Assembly (NCBI RefSeq): GCF_001194135.2
Contig: NC_068984.1
Location: 79,492,649-79,556,648, forward strand
Direction: 5' to 3'
From: Octopus bimaculoides
Lineage: Eukaryota
DNA length: 64,000 nt
Shown: positions 62,903-64,000 of the stretch, one piece after another
Layout of the letters: the number at the start of each line of letters is the position of its first letter
Numbering within the stretch: position 1 is the first letter of the stretch
Notes under the pieces: model-generated
What the model was told of the DNA's origin: nothing
The model's input: the letters and a program-made list of their open reading frames with translations, nothing else
Database searches by the model: none
Program-made: the position numbers and the translations under genes

Positions 62903-63039
62903 AAAATCTGATGGGCCCAAGGACTGCATTACACTCCAGTGCCTGCTTTGTTAGGTTTCTAAAGTTGGATGCCCTTCCTAATGGCAATCACTTTATAACA
63001 TGTACTTGGTGCTTTTTTGTGCCACCAGTGGTAGTGAAG

Positions 63040-63310
63040 GCACTTGTTTTTGTGGCTAAGGTAGTTGGCTCATAATCCTAAGATCATCAGTTTGATTCAC
63101 GGTGGTGTGTTGTGTCCTTGAGCAAAATCCTTTATTTCACATTTCTCCAGTCCATTCAACTAGCAAAAACGATTTGTAGTTGTAATTCAAAAGGATCAGC
63201 CTTGTCACATTCTGTCAAACTCAATCTTCCTAAAAACTACATAAGAGTATATGTGTCTATGGAGTACTCAGCCACTTGCACGTTACCTTTATGAGCTGGA
63301 TTCAATCAAC
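63040..63310 (+). mobile_element. Hybrid SINE: E-like head/centre plus C tail, degenerate
   Basis: gtgttgtgtccttgagcaaaatcctttatttcac followed by aattcaaaaggatcagccttgtcaca...ggagtactcagccacttgcacgtta. Confidence 0.7.
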
Positions 63311-63864
63311 ATAATCATAATTGTCATCATAATTGATGGAGAGCCAAGCCAGTAATAGCGAGACCACTATGCACTTTGCATGAATACAAACTCTGAGGGG
63401 GGTAACTTCATTCTAGGAGATAAGGCTGAAAGGATGGGTAAACACAAAAGAAGGGTCCAGAGCAGATCAAGTTCCTTATTGTAGGGGAGCAACATGACTA
63501 CTCACATTCTAGAAGAGAGGGTGGGAGTGATCAGATGGAACTGGATTACAATTAAGTGGGGGAATAGGAGATAACTGACAGAGCTGTGCAGAAGAATAAT
63601 AATGATGAATCAGTAGACTGGAGAAAGATGAGAGAGTGATGATGTTGGGTAGGTTGCAGAAGTAGATGGAGATGTTGTAAATTTATAGAATTAGTAAACC
63701 CAGTTCATGTTATATGATGCTTTAATAATAATATAGGAGAAAAATATCTAAGGAGAGTGTTCTGCATATTAAACACACGTATGGTAGAGTATCACATACC
63801 TAATATAGTGAATTTAAAATCTTTGATTTTGAATTGAGAAATTAAAGTACCCAGGATATTCTTT

Positions 63865-64000
63865 TCTACTCTAGGCACAAGGCCCAAAATTTTGCGGAAG
63901 GTTGTGGGGGACAGTCAATTAGATCAACCCCACTATGCAACTGGTACTTAATTTATTGACCCTGAAAAAATAATAGGCAAAGTTGACCTTGGTGGAATTT
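63865..64000 (-). mobile_element. SINE family D, running off the window end
   Basis: aggcacaaggcccaaaattt...ctggtacttaatttattgaccc...ggcaaagttgaccttggtggaattt. Confidence 0.8.

Noticed and set aside
63350-63700. Purine-rich segment as a CR1/L2 LINE 3' remnant (similar segment at 14850-15010)
   Set aside because: Too degenerate to read a diagnostic motif by eye.

Overview
This is eukaryotic, AT-rich, repeat-dominated DNA from a fragmented short-read scaffold. It has about 20 N-gaps, and most of the long ORFs in the supplied track are only N-runs or microsatellites. The repeat repertoire resembles a coleoid cephalopod, most likely Octopus; this is inferred from pattern recognition, not a database hit. 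No intact protein-coding gene, rRNA, true tRNA or CRISPR array can be supported. What the window does contain: (1) at least six dispersed SINE-like families (labelled A-F here) built from shared modules; (2) decayed retroelements, namely a Penelope-like element with GIY-YIG and RT-thumb remnants, an RTE-X-like LINE, a Tx1/L1-like LINE and several R4/Dong-like RLE fragments sitting in (TAA)n; (3) decayed DNA transposons, namely two hAT/ZMYM1-like remnants (one with a perfect 8-bp TSD), an hATm-like element, a piggyBac end and a possible Helitron piece; (4) many MITEs of Tc1/mariner, hAT-Charlie and piggyBac type, two GG-terminated 8-bp-TSD families, and one with a telomere-repeat core. The best leads are a minimal hammerhead-ribozyme fold with a non-canonical core at 16,973-17,009, a phase-compatible two-exon minus-strand ORF at 33.1-33.5 kb carrying a 20-bp hairpin with an A:C mismatch in a Gln codon, an approximately 180-bp inverted repeat bracketing the Penelope remnant, and an apparent CpG-retention shift near 30 kb. 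All identifications were made by eye and need Dfam/Repbase/BLAST/RNA-seq confirmation.
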